DNA of 64,000 nucleotides from positions 6,751-70,750 of the forward strand of contig JBBTWP010000004.1 of the NCBI GenBank assembly GCA_038062675.1. Direction: 5' to 3'. The DNA is from Patescibacteria group bacterium. Its GTDB lineage: Bacteria > Patescibacteriota > Minisyncoccia > Phycocordibacterales > UBA1550. Shown one piece after another: positions 1-8,573 of this stretch. A program made the position numbers and the translations under genes. A model generated the notes under the pieces. That model had not been told where the DNA came from. It saw only the letters and a program-made list of their open reading frames with translations, and ran no database searches. Position 1 is the first letter of the stretch, and each line of letters starts with the position of its first letter.

Positions 1-685
1 TCGCCTCGAAGATATCATGGGTGGTGGTTCTGGTGAGGAAGTGATGCGCGAGTACGAGGAGACGGTAGAGCGCGACGAATTCCTCGCGAAGGAGCTCGAA
101 GATTTGAAAGCGAGCGCAGATTCGCTCCGCGCCCTCATGCGCGAACTCGAAGAGACGCTCGATGGGCAGTTTAAGGAAGGTATACTCAAAATCAACACAC
201 AGTTTAGTGAATTTTTTGGTTTGATGTTTGGGGGCGGTTCAGCATCTCTCCAGATTGTGCGCGAGAAGAAAAAGAAACGCTCTGACACCGATATCGCAGA
301 GGGTCCTGAAGTGGACGACGAAGACGCCGAGGAGGGGATTGAGGTCAATATTTCGCTTCCCCACAAAAAAATTCGTGGACTCCAGATGCTTTCGGGTGGG
401 GAACGCGCACTCACCTCCATTGCACTTTTGTTTGCGGTGTCACAAGTGAACCCACCACCATTCCTCGTACTCGACGAGACCGACGCCGCCCTCGACGAAG
501 CAAACTCACGCAAGTATGGCGACATGATCGAAAATCTCGCAAAATACTCCCAGCTTATTGTCATCACCCACAATCGCGAAACCATGTCCCGCGCCGGCAT
601 CATTTACGGTGTCACTATGGGCTCTGATGCTATCTCCAAACTTCTCTCTATCAAGTTCGACGAAGCAGCACAAATGGCGAAATAG
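1..685 (+). CDS. smc: Chromosome segregation protein SMC, C-terminal fragment (5' end lies outside the window)
   Basis: Frame is open from nt 2 to the stop at 683-685. Contains ABC signature LSGGERALTSIALLFA, Walker B/D-loop FLVLDETDAALD and the ITHNRETM tail typical of the SMC C-terminal head. The preceding segment is Glu/Leu-rich and coiled-coil-like. Confidence 0.85.
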   Translation, partial: RLEDIMGGGSGEEVMREYEETVERDEFLAKELEDLKASADSLRALMRELEETLDGQFKEGILKINTQFSEFFGLMFGGGSASLQIVREKKKKRSDTDIAEGPEVDDEDAEEGIEVNISLPHKKIRGLQMLSGGERALTSIALLFAVSQVNPPPFLVLDETDAALDEANSRKYGDMIENLAKYSQLIVITHNRETMSRAGIIYGVTMGSDAISKLLSIKFDEAAQMAK

Positions 686-702
686 AGGGAATCCAGATAA
701 AT

Positions 703-731
703 TTGCGTTTTGTGTAAATTTGTGATATAAT
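703..731 (+). promoter_or_regulatory. Sigma70-type promoter for the two small ORFs (TTGCGT - 17 nt - TGaTATAAT)
   Basis: TTGCGT at 703-708, 17-nt spacer, extended -10 TGaTATAAT ending at 731. Lies about 30 nt upstream of a GAGGAGG Shine-Dalgarno. Confidence 0.5.
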
Positions 732-761
732 GTAAAAAGGTGTTACTTTGAGGAGGTGGCT

Positions 762-947
762 ATGAATCTTGAATGTCTTACAACAGACGAGGGCTTGTTG
801 TGGCAACTTGCCGATTCGGCAAGAAAACCGCTTTCGCGTGCTGAGGTTCGAGCACAAAGAATCTCGTTTGTCTTTTCAATCGTCGGGCATCGTGGTGTCA
901 TGCGTGCTGATATCCAAAAAGTTCTTGCACAACAGGAGGGTATATAA
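762..947 (+). CDS. Small hypothetical protein (61 aa)
   Basis: ATG at 762 is preceded by GAGGAGG (749-755). Its stop overlaps the next ORF start (TAATG at 944-949). No recognisable domain. Confidence 0.45.
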   Translation: MNLECLTTDEGLLWQLADSARKPLSRAEVRAQRISFVFSIVGHRGVMRADIQKVLAQQEGI

Positions 948-1174
948 TGTCTGACCAAACGCTTCCCGTTTCAAATGGAATCAATCCCGATTTTGTTTCA
1001 CCCGATGGGTATGATTTGTGCGTGAATGTGAGATGTAAGGCGAAAACTCCGTACAAAACAACTTTTCCCATCGAAGCTCGGTTTTGGTATGTCGAAGGGA
1101 TGGGACAGTATTGCCGGAATTGTTGCCCGTCTGAATTAAAGCCTCAGCAAGAAGTTGTTCCGCCGAGTTGGTAG
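947..1174 (+). CDS. Small Cys-rich hypothetical protein (75 aa), possible zinc ribbon (CvnvrC ... CrnCC)
   Basis: ATG at 947 is preceded by GGAGGG and is translationally coupled to the upstream ORF. Two cysteine pairs. Followed directly by an intrinsic terminator. Confidence 0.5.
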   Translation: MSDQTLPVSNGINPDFVSPDGYDLCVNVRCKAKTPYKTTFPIEARFWYVEGMGQYCRNCCPSELKPQQEVVPPSW

Positions 1175-1186
1175 TTAATAAGACCC

Positions 1187-1228
1187 AAACCCCGCACGAT
1201 GCAATGTCGTGCGGGGTTCTTTTTTTTG
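1187..1228 (+). terminator. Intrinsic terminator (10-bp GC-rich stem + T-run) between convergent genes
   Basis: CCCCGCACGA (1190-1199) / TCGTGCGGGG (1207-1216), 7-nt loop, then TTCTTTTTTTTG. Sits exactly between the small-ORF pair (+) and the RNase R stop (-). Confidence 0.75.
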
Positions 1229-3202
1229 TTATTTTTTTCCTTCAACGAGCTCGTAGTCGATACTCTTGCGTGCAAGATCGACTAATTTCACGCGAATTTT
1301 TACGGCGTCGCCCAAGGTGTAGCTTTTGCGGGTCTTTTTGCCCACGATGCGGTAGTTTTCTTTTTCAAAAACATAAAAATCGTCACCCAAATTTCCGATG
1401 CGCACAAGCCCTTCGCATTTTGTTTCATTTTCTTCTACAAAAATACCCCAATCGGTAACGCTTGAAATCTTTCCATCAAATGTTTGCCCCACGCGTTCGC
1501 TCATGTATTCGGCTTGCTTGAATTTGATGGATGCGCGCTCGGCATCAGAGGCAAGTTTTTCCATTTCTGATGAATGCAGAGAGAGTGCGCGGTACTCTTT
1601 CATTTCATCTTTTGAAACTTCTTCGCCAGCGAGATAGTGGGAAAGGAGGCGATGCACCATGACATCCGGATAGCGACGGATAGGGGAGGTGAAGTGTGTG
1701 TAGTGCTCGAATGCGAGCCCGTAGTGCCCGATATTTGCGGTGGAATAGGTTGCTTTTGCCATGGTGCGAATCGTCGCCGTGTGAAGCATGGATTCCTCCG
1801 GCTTGCCTTTGATGGCGGCGAGGAGCTTGTTGATATCCTGCCCAAGAACACGTCCTTCTTTGATGGGGAGCTTGTAGCCAAGACGACTCAAGAATATCGC
1901 CAAAGCACCCAAGCGTTCAGGTTTTGGCTCGTCGTGAATGCGGAACACAAAAATGTCATCATCTTTTTGCTTTTTGGAAACAAATTCGGCAACTTTTTTG
2001 TTGGCGAGAAGCATGAATTCTTCAATGAGTTTGTTGGTGTCTTGGGGTACTTTTTTGTAGACGCCGATAGGGCGTTTGTTTTCGTCCAAAATAAACTTTA
2101 CCTCATCGTGGGCAAAGGAAATCGTGCCGTGCGCCTTGTTTTCTTTCTCCAATTTTTTTCCGATAGTGTTGAGGGTGAGGAGTTCGGCGTGGAACATTCC
2201 TGCGCCATCGTCTAAAATTTTTTGCGCCTCTTCATAAGTGAAGCGTTTGTTTGAGTGAATGATGGTGCGCCCAAACCATTGGTCAGTAATCTTGGTGGGG
2301 GCTTTTGGGTCAGCAAGCGATTCTTTTGAAAAAGTAAATACGGCGGAAAAGGTGAGCTTGTCTTCTCCTTGATTCAACGAGCAGAGATCGTTAGAGAGGA
2401 CTTCAGGGAACATGGGAATGACACGGTCGACAAGATAGATGGAGGTGGCACGCCGACGTGCTTCCTCGTCGATTTCGGTGTGTGGCTTAACGTACGCATC
2501 TACGTCGGCAATATGAATACCTACCTCGATAGACCCATCGGGAAGTGTTTGGATAGAAAGCGCATCGTCGAAATCTTTTGCGTCGGCAGGGTCGATGGTA
2601 AATGTAGTTATTGTGCGGAAGTCGCGGCGTTTAGGTACTTCTTCTGCCAAGAGTTTTGGTGCGCGAGCTTTGATTTCGTGTGCCTCCTTTTCGATTTTCT
2701 CGGGAAGCTCCATGGGAAGCCCTTTGTCGAGTACGATGGCGCGAATTTCTGTTTCGTTTTCACCAACAGAGCCAATGATTTCGAGAATCTCCCCTTCAGG
2801 ATTTTTTTTCGGGTCGTCCCATTTAACAATACGCGCGAGCACCTTTTTCCCATCTGCCCCCTCGGGAACCTTGGTGGAGGGGATACGAATATCGACATAC
2901 ATGTGATGGTCTTGGGGCACAAGAAAATATGCATCGGTATCTTTTTCGAGCGTGCCGACAAAGCTCATTTTTGCGCGTTCAAGAATTTCAACTACTTCGC
3001 CCGTCTGTTGTGCTCCTTGTGTCTGAGGGTGAAGAAGAATCTTTACGCGGTCGTGTGAAAGGGCCGTGTTCAGGAACCCTGCCTCAATACGGATGTCATT
3101 TTCGCGAGGACTGTCAGCGCCGAGAGACACAAAACCGAGCCCTTTTCCAGTTGTAGTAATAACGCCTTCTTGGTGCCGACTAAGAGTCTTTTCTTTGTTC
3201 AT
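1229..3202 (-). CDS. rnr: Ribonuclease R (RNB-family 3'-5' exoribonuclease with C-terminal S1 domain)
   Basis: RNB catalytic region (FTIDPADAKDFDDALS, HYGLAFEHYTHFTSPIRRYPD) and a C-terminal S1 fold (GQTFDGKISSVTDWGIFVE). Start placed at MNKEKTL (3202). The track ORF extends to 3286, but that extension overlaps the rpsP upstream region. Confidence 0.9.
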   Translation of the reverse strand: MNKEKTLSRHQEGVITTTGKGLGFVSLGADSPRENDIRIEAGFLNTALSHDRVKILLHPQTQGAQQTGEVVEILERAKMSFVGTLEKDTDAYFLVPQDHHMYVDIRIPSTKVPEGADGKKVLARIVKWDDPKKNPEGEILEIIGSVGENETEIRAIVLDKGLPMELPEKIEKEAHEIKARAPKLLAEEVPKRRDFRTITTFTIDPADAKDFDDALSIQTLPDGSIEVGIHIADVDAYVKPHTEIDEEARRRATSIYLVDRVIPMFPEVLSNDLCSLNQGEDKLTFSAVFTFSKESLADPKAPTKITDQWFGRTIIHSNKRFTYEEAQKILDDGAGMFHAELLTLNTIGKKLEKENKAHGTISFAHDEVKFILDENKRPIGVYKKVPQDTNKLIEEFMLLANKKVAEFVSKKQKDDDIFVFRIHDEPKPERLGALAIFLSRLGYKLPIKEGRVLGQDINKLLAAIKGKPEESMLHTATIRTMAKATYSTANIGHYGLAFEHYTHFTSPIRRYPDVMVHRLLSHYLAGEEVSKDEMKEYRALSLHSSEMEKLASDAERASIKFKQAEYMSERVGQTFDGKISSVTDWGIFVEENETKCEGLVRIGNLGDDFYVFEKENYRIVGKKTRKSYTLGDAVKIRVKLVDLARKSIDYELVEGKK

Positions 3203-3316
3203 ATATTCAGCACACAATACCATAGAATTGTGTATTTTGCATGTTGTGGAGGGTTTTTTGCTTATTTGAGCCCTAAAAATTTGCATTTCTTTGCGACTTC
3301 TGGTAGGATGCTTCTC

Positions 3317-3670
3317 ATGTTAATGATTCGATTACAGCGCGTGGGAAGAAAGAACGATCCGTCGTTCCGCGTTATTGTTACTGATTCCAAATGGAAACCT
3401 AAAACGGGGAAATTCCTTGAAATTTTGGGTTCGTATGATGCGCGCAAGGGTGCGCCTGTTATCAACACTGAGCGCGCAAAACACTGGCTCTCTGTTGGTG
3501 CAAAAGCGTCAGGAACGGTACACAATCTCTTAATCAACCTCAAAGCGATTACTGGCAAGAAGGTGAATGTGTTGGGAAAGAAGACGCCTATTGCAAAAGA
3601 AGTAGTTGTGGAAGAGTCAAAAAAGGAGGAAGCACCAGTGGCAGAAGTTCCAGCTGAAGTAGTAGCGTAA
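3317..3670 (+). CDS. rpsP: 30S ribosomal protein S16
   Basis: MLMIRLQRVGRKNDPSFRVIVTDS matches the canonical S16 N-terminus (MxxIRLxRxGxKxxPxYRIV). GGTAGGA lies 9 nt upstream of the ATG at 3317. The track's upstream extension is not S16-like. Confidence 0.9.
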   Translation: MLMIRLQRVGRKNDPSFRVIVTDSKWKPKTGKFLEILGSYDARKGAPVINTERAKHWLSVGAKASGTVHNLLINLKAITGKKVNVLGKKTPIAKEVVVEESKKEEAPVAEVPAEVVA

Positions 3671-3695
3671 TCAGAATAATCTTTTTGAGATTTAA

Positions 3696-3729
3696 AAAAC
3701 AGCCGACACAAAATGTGCCGGCTGTTTTA
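3696..3729 (+). terminator. Intrinsic terminator after rpsP
   Basis: AAAACAGCCGaCAC ... GTGcCGGCTGTTTT hairpin followed by T-run. Confidence 0.6.
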
Positions 3730-3758
3730 ATGCAAGGCAGAAATTGCACTTTTCGATT

Positions 3759-3836
3759 CTGCGGAATCGTGTCGCGCAAGTCCGTTGGGCGCGACCGGCC
3801 TGCGGAATCGTGTCGCGCAAGTCCGTTGGGCGCGAC
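3759..3836 (-). repeat. Two tandem copies (41-nt period) of a 37-nt double-hairpin unit 'U', minus orientation
   Basis: CTGCGGAATCGTGTCGCGCAAGTCCGTTGGGCGCGAC occurs at 3759-3795 and again, identical, at 3800-3836. The reverse complement is GTCGCGCCCAACGGACTTGCGCGACACGATTCCGCAG. The flank at 3837-3853 reads (reverse complement) AAGGTACGGATTTTTT, the same 5' junction as in elements E1-E3. Confidence 0.85.
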
Positions 3837-3877
3837 TAAAAAATCCGTACCTTTGAAACGACACCTCAACCGAAGAA

Positions 3878-3907
3878 TTGCATAATTTAAAGTAACTATA
3901 GTATAAT
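3878..3907 (+). promoter_or_regulatory. Candidate promoter of the KH-protein gene (TTGCAT - 18 nt - TATAAT)
   Basis: TTGCAT at 3878-3883, TATAAT at 3902-3907, about 60 nt upstream of the ATG at 3970. Confidence 0.4.
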
Positions 3908-3969
3908 AAATATATTGTAAGAATAGTTGTCGAGAATATCACGGGCGATAAGATTTAGAATATACCAAT

Positions 3970-4281
3970 ATGACCCAAGAACCAGATGTAGTATTTCTTG
4001 AATACGTAGTAAAAGCACTTGTGGATCATCCCAGCGACGTGAGAGTTGGTCGTACTGTTGATGAAATGGGTGTACTTATTACACTCGATGTGAATCCGGG
4101 CGACATGGGTAAGATTATTGGTCGCACCGGCAACACCGCAAAGGCAATCCGCACGCTTCTTCGTGTGGTAGGAATGAAAAATAACGCTCGCGTGAATTTG
4201 AAAATCCATGAGCCCGAAGGTGGGAAGCCTGCATCGCCAACCAAGAGTGTTGACGAGGTGATCGATGGTTTGAAGGTATAG
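3970..4281 (+). CDS. KH-domain RNA-binding protein (YlqC/UPF0109-like)
   Basis: VVKALVDHPSDVRV ... GDMGKIIGRTGNTAKAIRTLLRVVG carries the KH GxxG loop. It occupies the conserved position between rpsP and trmD. Confidence 0.8.
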   Translation: MTQEPDVVFLEYVVKALVDHPSDVRVGRTVDEMGVLITLDVNPGDMGKIIGRTGNTAKAIRTLLRVVGMKNNARVNLKIHEPEGGKPASPTKSVDEVIDGLKV

Positions 4282-4288
4282 TTTTTAT

Positions 4289-4366
4289 TGCCCCCCCAAA
4301 GGACTTACGCGACGCGATTCCGCAGGTTCGTCGCGCCCAAAGGACTTACGCGACGCGATTCCGCAG
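4289..4366 (+). repeat. Two tandem copies (41-nt period) of unit U, plus orientation; the first copy is degenerate at its 5' end
   Basis: GTCGCGCCCAAAGGACTTACGCGACGCGATTCCGCAG at 4330-4366. The copy at 4289-4325 is identical except for its first 6 nt. Differs at 3 of 37 positions from the inverted copies at 3759-3836. Confidence 0.85.
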
Positions 4367-4375
4367 AATCGAAAG

Positions 4376-4405
4376 CCCCGACATCTTTGATGTCGAGGCT
4401 TTTTC
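4376..4405 (+). terminator. Hairpin + T-run after the KH gene / U array
   Basis: CCCCGACATC tttg GATGTCGAGG followed by CTTTTTCG. Confidence 0.5.
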
Positions 4406-4421
4406 GTGTAGAGTGGTGAGT

Positions 4422-5111
4422 ATGACACGTTTTCATATCGTGAGCTTGTTTCCCGAGGTGTGTCGCTCGTACTGCGAAGCGTCGATTTTGGGGCGTGCGC
4501 AACAAGAAAAGCTCATCGAGGTTCTGTATGTGAACCCTCGTGACTTTGCGCGTGACAAACATCAAAAAGCGGACAATCGTCCGTACGGTGGCGGCCCCGG
4601 CATGGTTATGATTGCAGAACCACTTCTTTTGGCGCTTGAAAAGATCTCGAAAGACATTGCACGCAAAACCGCGCGCATGAAAAAACCCGCAAAAATAAAA
4701 ATCATTCTTTTTTCTCCTTCAGGAAAACAGTTTACGAATGTGTATGCAAAAAATTTGGTGACGAAGTATTCGGATATTGTGCTGATTGCTGGGCGCTACG
4801 AAGGCATTGATGCGCGTGTGAAAAAGATTTTCAAAGCAGAAGAAGTCTCGGTGGGGCCGTTTGTACTCACGGGCGGGGAAGTGCCTGCCATGGTGGTGGT
4901 GGATGCGTGCGCGCGACAGATTGAAGGGGTTTTGGGTGCCCATGAGTCTGTGGAGGAGCTTCGTCCACAAATAGGGCAGATGGCATCACCTGAGGTGTAC
5001 ACACGCCCCGAGGTACTTTCTTGGAAGGGTAAAAAGTACCGTGTTCCCAAAGTCCTTCTTGGTGGTGATCCAAAAAAAATAGAGGAGTGGAAGCAAAAGC
5101 AACAGGGATAA
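4422..5111 (+). CDS. trmD: tRNA (guanine37-N1)-methyltransferase
   Basis: MTRFHIVSLFPE N-terminus, GGGPGMVM, GRYEGIDARV and YTRPE motifs. ATG at 4422 is preferred over the GTG at 4413. Confidence 0.9.
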   Translation: MTRFHIVSLFPEVCRSYCEASILGRAQQEKLIEVLYVNPRDFARDKHQKADNRPYGGGPGMVMIAEPLLLALEKISKDIARKTARMKKPAKIKIILFSPSGKQFTNVYAKNLVTKYSDIVLIAGRYEGIDARVKKIFKAEEVSVGPFVLTGGEVPAMVVVDACARQIEGVLGAHESVEELRPQIGQMASPEVYTRPEVLSWKGKKYRVPKVLLGGDPKKIEEWKQKQQG

Positions 5112-5147
5112 CTCAAATAGTATTGTAAAATAAGGCTTAATTTCTAT

Positions 5148-5175
5148 TTGACAGGATTTTTGGGTCTGATATACT
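5148..5175 (+). promoter_or_regulatory. Candidate promoter of the rpoB-rpoC-dnaG-rpoD block (TTGACA - 16 nt - TATACT)
   Basis: Consensus -35 TTGACA at 5148-5153, TATACT at 5170-5175. It would give a leader of about 215 nt before rpoB. Confidence 0.5.
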
Positions 5176-5394
5176 GGCAAGTAACGGTATTTGATTGAGT
5201 TATTGGCGCACCGTGGGGAAAAATCAATATTACAAGGTCTTAATTTATGCTTCGAGTATAAATTAAAGAGTTCTACATACCCTTAGTTATCAAGAAGGTG
5301 GATATTCCATGCCTTTTTGTTTTTTGTCGTTTATGCGGCGGCATGCTAAGTGGTTTGAGAAGCTTACATAATTAAATACGGCGTCCCACAACCT

Positions 5395-8300
5395 ATGAGA
5401 GAGAAGAAATATTTTGCGCGATACAAGAAACCCCTCGTACCTTTGCCGAACCTCGTAGAGACACACCTCAAGTCATACCAATGGCTTATTGAGGAAGGTC
5501 TCAAAGATGCATTTAAAGAATTTTCTCCTATTAGAGATTACTCGGAAAAGAAGTTTGAATTTGAATTTTTGGGGATCGAGCTCTCGAAACCAAAATATGA
5601 TGAGTACTATGCGAAAGAAAATAAACTTTCCTACGAAGCACCTCTCAAGGCGCGCGTAAAGCTCATCAACAAAACATTTAAGAGCGAAAAAGAGCAAGAG
5701 ATCTTCATGGCGGATTTTCCTATGATGACTTCTCACGGAACGTTCATTGTGAACGGTGTTGAACGCGTGGTGGTCCCTCAGATCTCGCGTTCTTCTGGTG
5801 TGTCTTTTACGGTTGATGAAATAAAAGGCAAGAGATATTTTGGCGCAAAAATCATCCCAAGTCGCGGTGCGTGGATTGAAGTTGAGTCTGATCCTGATGG
5901 AGCAGTGTATGTGCGCATTGATAAGAAACGCAAATTCCCTGCGTCCGTGCTTTTGCGTGCTCTTGGTTTTCGTGACAATGATGCGATTTTGAAAGAATTT
6001 GCATCTGATGAGGCTGGAAAAAAAGCTATCGAAGGCACAATCGCCAAAGACACTCTCTTGACGGCAAATGAATCATATGTAGAAATTCACAAAAAACTCC
6101 GCGATGGTGATCTTGCTACGCCGGAGAACGCAAAAGAGTTTGTTGACTCTATTTTTGCAAAAGAAAAATATGATCTTTCTGAGGTTGGGCGTTTTAAATT
6201 CAATAAGCGTTTTGGACAAAGTCTTGAAAAAGGTGAAATCGCTCGTCGTACGGTAAATGCTCACGATGTGGCGCTCATAGTTCAACATATTGCAAAGTTG
6301 AACGCTACCCCAAGTGCGCTTCCTGACGACATTGACCACCTCGGTTCGCGTCGTATTCGTTCAGTAGGAGAAATGCTTCAGCAAAAGATTCGCGTTGGTA
6401 TGACGCAAATCAAGCGCAATATTCAAGATCGCATGTCGACCATCGATACTGATGCAACAATGCCAATGCAATTCATTAGTCCTCGCCCACTCCAGGCGCG
6501 TCTCAAGGAATTCTTTGCGACGAACCAGCTTTCGCAGTTCATGACGCAGTACAATATTTTGAGCGAGATTGAAAACCTCCGCACCTTTTCTGCGTTGGGG
6601 CCGGGAGGTCTTACCCGCGAGCGTGCAGGTATTGAAGTTCGCGACGTGCACTCGTCTCACTATGGTCGTTTGTGTCCTATCCACACTCCAGAAGGTCCGA
6701 ACATCGGCCTTATTCTCCGTCTCTCATGTTATGCGCGCATCAATGATTTCGGCATGATCGAAACACCATACGCAAAAGTAAAGAACGGGAAGATTACGAA
6801 AGAAATCGTGTACATGGATGCGCTCGAAGAAGAGCAATACAATATTGCGCACGGAGCAGCTCGTGTTGAGAACGATGCATTTGCTGAAGAGAAAGTTGAA
6901 GTTCGCCAGAAGGGTTATCCAAAACTGGTTGCACGAGACGATGTTCACTATGTGGATGTCGCCGCAAATCAGCCATTTTCAATCGCGACTTCAATGGTTC
7001 CTTTCTTGGAACACGACAATGCAAACCGCGCACTCATGGGTTCAAACATGCAGAAGCAAGCCATTCCTTGTGTTCGTCTTGAAGCTCCGCTTGTGGCAAC
7101 CGGCATGGAGGAGTCTGCGGCGCGCGATACTGGTCGCTTGGTGATTGCAGATGCAAACGGTACTATTACACATGCAGATGCTAAGAAGATTGTACTCAAA
7201 GATGAGAAGAACAAGGAGTACACTTACAATTTGGTAAACTTCTCTCGTACGAATGGTTTTACCGCATTCCATCAACGCCCCTCAGTTGTTCCGGGCGATA
7301 AGGTTAAAAAGGGGGACATCCTCGCTGACACATCATCGTCAGATCAGGGACAAATGGCACTTGGACAAAATGCACTTGTCGCGTTCATGACATGGGGTGG
7401 ATCAAACTACGAAGATGCCATTATTCTTTCGGAACGTCTTGTGAAGAACAGTAAGTTTACTTCGATTCACATGGATGAATTTGTTGTGAACGTGCGTGAC
7501 ACAAAGCTTGGGCCTGAAATTACAACTCACGACATTCCAAACGTCGGCGAAGCAAAACTCAAAGACCTCGACGAAGACGGAATCATTCGTGTTGGTGCCG
7601 AAGTGCACCCCGGAGATATTCTTGTGGGTAAAATTACTCCCAAAGGTGAAGCAGAACTCACATCGGAAGAGCGACTCCTCCGTTCGATTTTTGGTGAAAA
7701 AGCACGCGACGTAAAAGACACTTCACTTCGCATGGAACACGGCAAACGTGGTCGTATTGTGGGAGTCAAAGTATTCTCCCGCGAGAAGGGTGACAATCTT
7801 GAAAGTGGTATCATTAAACGTATTCACATCGAAGTTGCACAGGTCCGCAACATTTCCGTTGGAGATAAGCTTGCAGGACGTCACGGAAACAAAGGAGTTA
7901 TCTCCGTTATTCTTCCAGAAGAAGACATGCCTTACATGGCAGACGGTACGCCTATCGATGTTATTTTGACTCCGCTTGGTGTTCCTTCTCGTATGAACCT
8001 CGGACAGATTCTTGAGCTTCACTTGGGTCTTGCGGCACACACGCTTAACTATCAGGCAATCGTGCCTCCATTTATGGGTGCAACGGCTGAGGAGATTAAG
8101 GGCGAGCTCGTGAAGGCAGGATTCCGTGAGGATGGAAAGATGAAACTCTTTGACGGTCGTTCTGGTGAATCATTTGATCAGGATATTGCCGTAGGGTACA
8201 TGTACATTTTGAAATTGAACCACATGGTTGAAGACAAAATTCACATGCGTTCAATCGGGCCATACTCGCTCATCACACAGCAGCCACTCGGTGGTAAGGC

Positions 8301-8553
8301 GCAGGGTGGTGGACAGCGTTTCGGCGAAATGGAAGTGTGGGCGCTTGAAGGATACGGTGCCGCACACGTGCTTCGTGAAATGCTTACGGTGAAGTCGGAC
8401 GACATCTCTGGACGTTCGGGTGCGTTTGATGCGATTGTGAAAGGAAATGATGTTACAGAAACTCATGTCCCTGAATCATTCAACGTGCTCTTGAATTACC
8501 TCCGCGGACTTTTACTCGATGTACAGCTCGTAAAAAAGGGTGAAATTAAATAA
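5395..8553 (+). CDS. rpoB: DNA-directed RNA polymerase subunit beta
   Basis: 1052 aa with the conserved beta blocks (GTFIVNGVERVVV, RALMGSNMQKQA, GDKLAGRHGNKGV, GGQRFGEMEVWALEGYGAA). Confidence 0.97.
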   Translation: MREKKYFARYKKPLVPLPNLVETHLKSYQWLIEEGLKDAFKEFSPIRDYSEKKFEFEFLGIELSKPKYDEYYAKENKLSYEAPLKARVKLINKTFKSEKEQEIFMADFPMMTSHGTFIVNGVERVVVPQISRSSGVSFTVDEIKGKRYFGAKIIPSRGAWIEVESDPDGAVYVRIDKKRKFPASVLLRALGFRDNDAILKEFASDEAGKKAIEGTIAKDTLLTANESYVEIHKKLRDGDLATPENAKEFVDSIFAKEKYDLSEVGRFKFNKRFGQSLEKGEIARRTVNAHDVALIVQHIAKLNATPSALPDDIDHLGSRRIRSVGEMLQQKIRVGMTQIKRNIQDRMSTIDTDATMPMQFISPRPLQARLKEFFATNQLSQFMTQYNILSEIENLRTFSALGPGGLTRERAGIEVRDVHSSHYGRLCPIHTPEGPNIGLILRLSCYARINDFGMIETPYAKVKNGKITKEIVYMDALEEEQYNIAHGAARVENDAFAEEKVEVRQKGYPKLVARDDVHYVDVAANQPFSIATSMVPFLEHDNANRALMGSNMQKQAIPCVRLEAPLVATGMEESAARDTGRLVIADANGTITHADAKKIVLKDEKNKEYTYNLVNFSRTNGFTAFHQRPSVVPGDKVKKGDILADTSSSDQGQMALGQNALVAFMTWGGSNYEDAIILSERLVKNSKFTSIHMDEFVVNVRDTKLGPEITTHDIPNVGEAKLKDLDEDGIIRVGAEVHPGDILVGKITPKGEAELTSEERLLRSIFGEKARDVKDTSLRMEHGKRGRIVGVKVFSREKGDNLESGIIKRIHIEVAQVRNISVGDKLAGRHGNKGVISVILPEEDMPYMADGTPIDVILTPLGVPSRMNLGQILELHLGLAAHTLNYQAIVPPFMGATAEEIKGELVKAGFREDGKMKLFDGRSGESFDQDIAVGYMYILKLNHMVEDKIHMRSIGPYSLITQQPLGGKAQGGGQRFGEMEVWALEGYGAAHVLREMLTVKSDDISGRSGAFDAIVKGNDVTETHVPESFNVLLNYLRGLLLDVQLVKKGEIK

Positions 8554-8573
8554 GCTTAACGATACTAATCATT

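Noticed and set aside
3759-3836. The 37-nt U repeats begin GTCGCGCCC and contain a stem-loop, superficially like CRISPR (type I-C-style) repeats. Considered a mini CRISPR array or degenerate remnant.
   Set aside because: Copies are separated by only 4 nt, so there is no spacer-sized interval. At most two occur per site, in both orientations. One copy sits inside another structured element (E1), and no cas genes or leader are in the window. They behave like REP/palindromic units, not a CRISPR array.
3685-3885. Short ORFs spanning the repeat elements (3685-3885 plus, 3588-3869 minus, 4305-4565 minus, 15353-15685 minus). They share peptide strings such as CGIVSRKS.GRD.
   Set aside because: The shared peptides simply reflect translation of the U/E nucleotide repeats in both orientations. 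There is no RBS, and the ORFs cross terminators and promoters.
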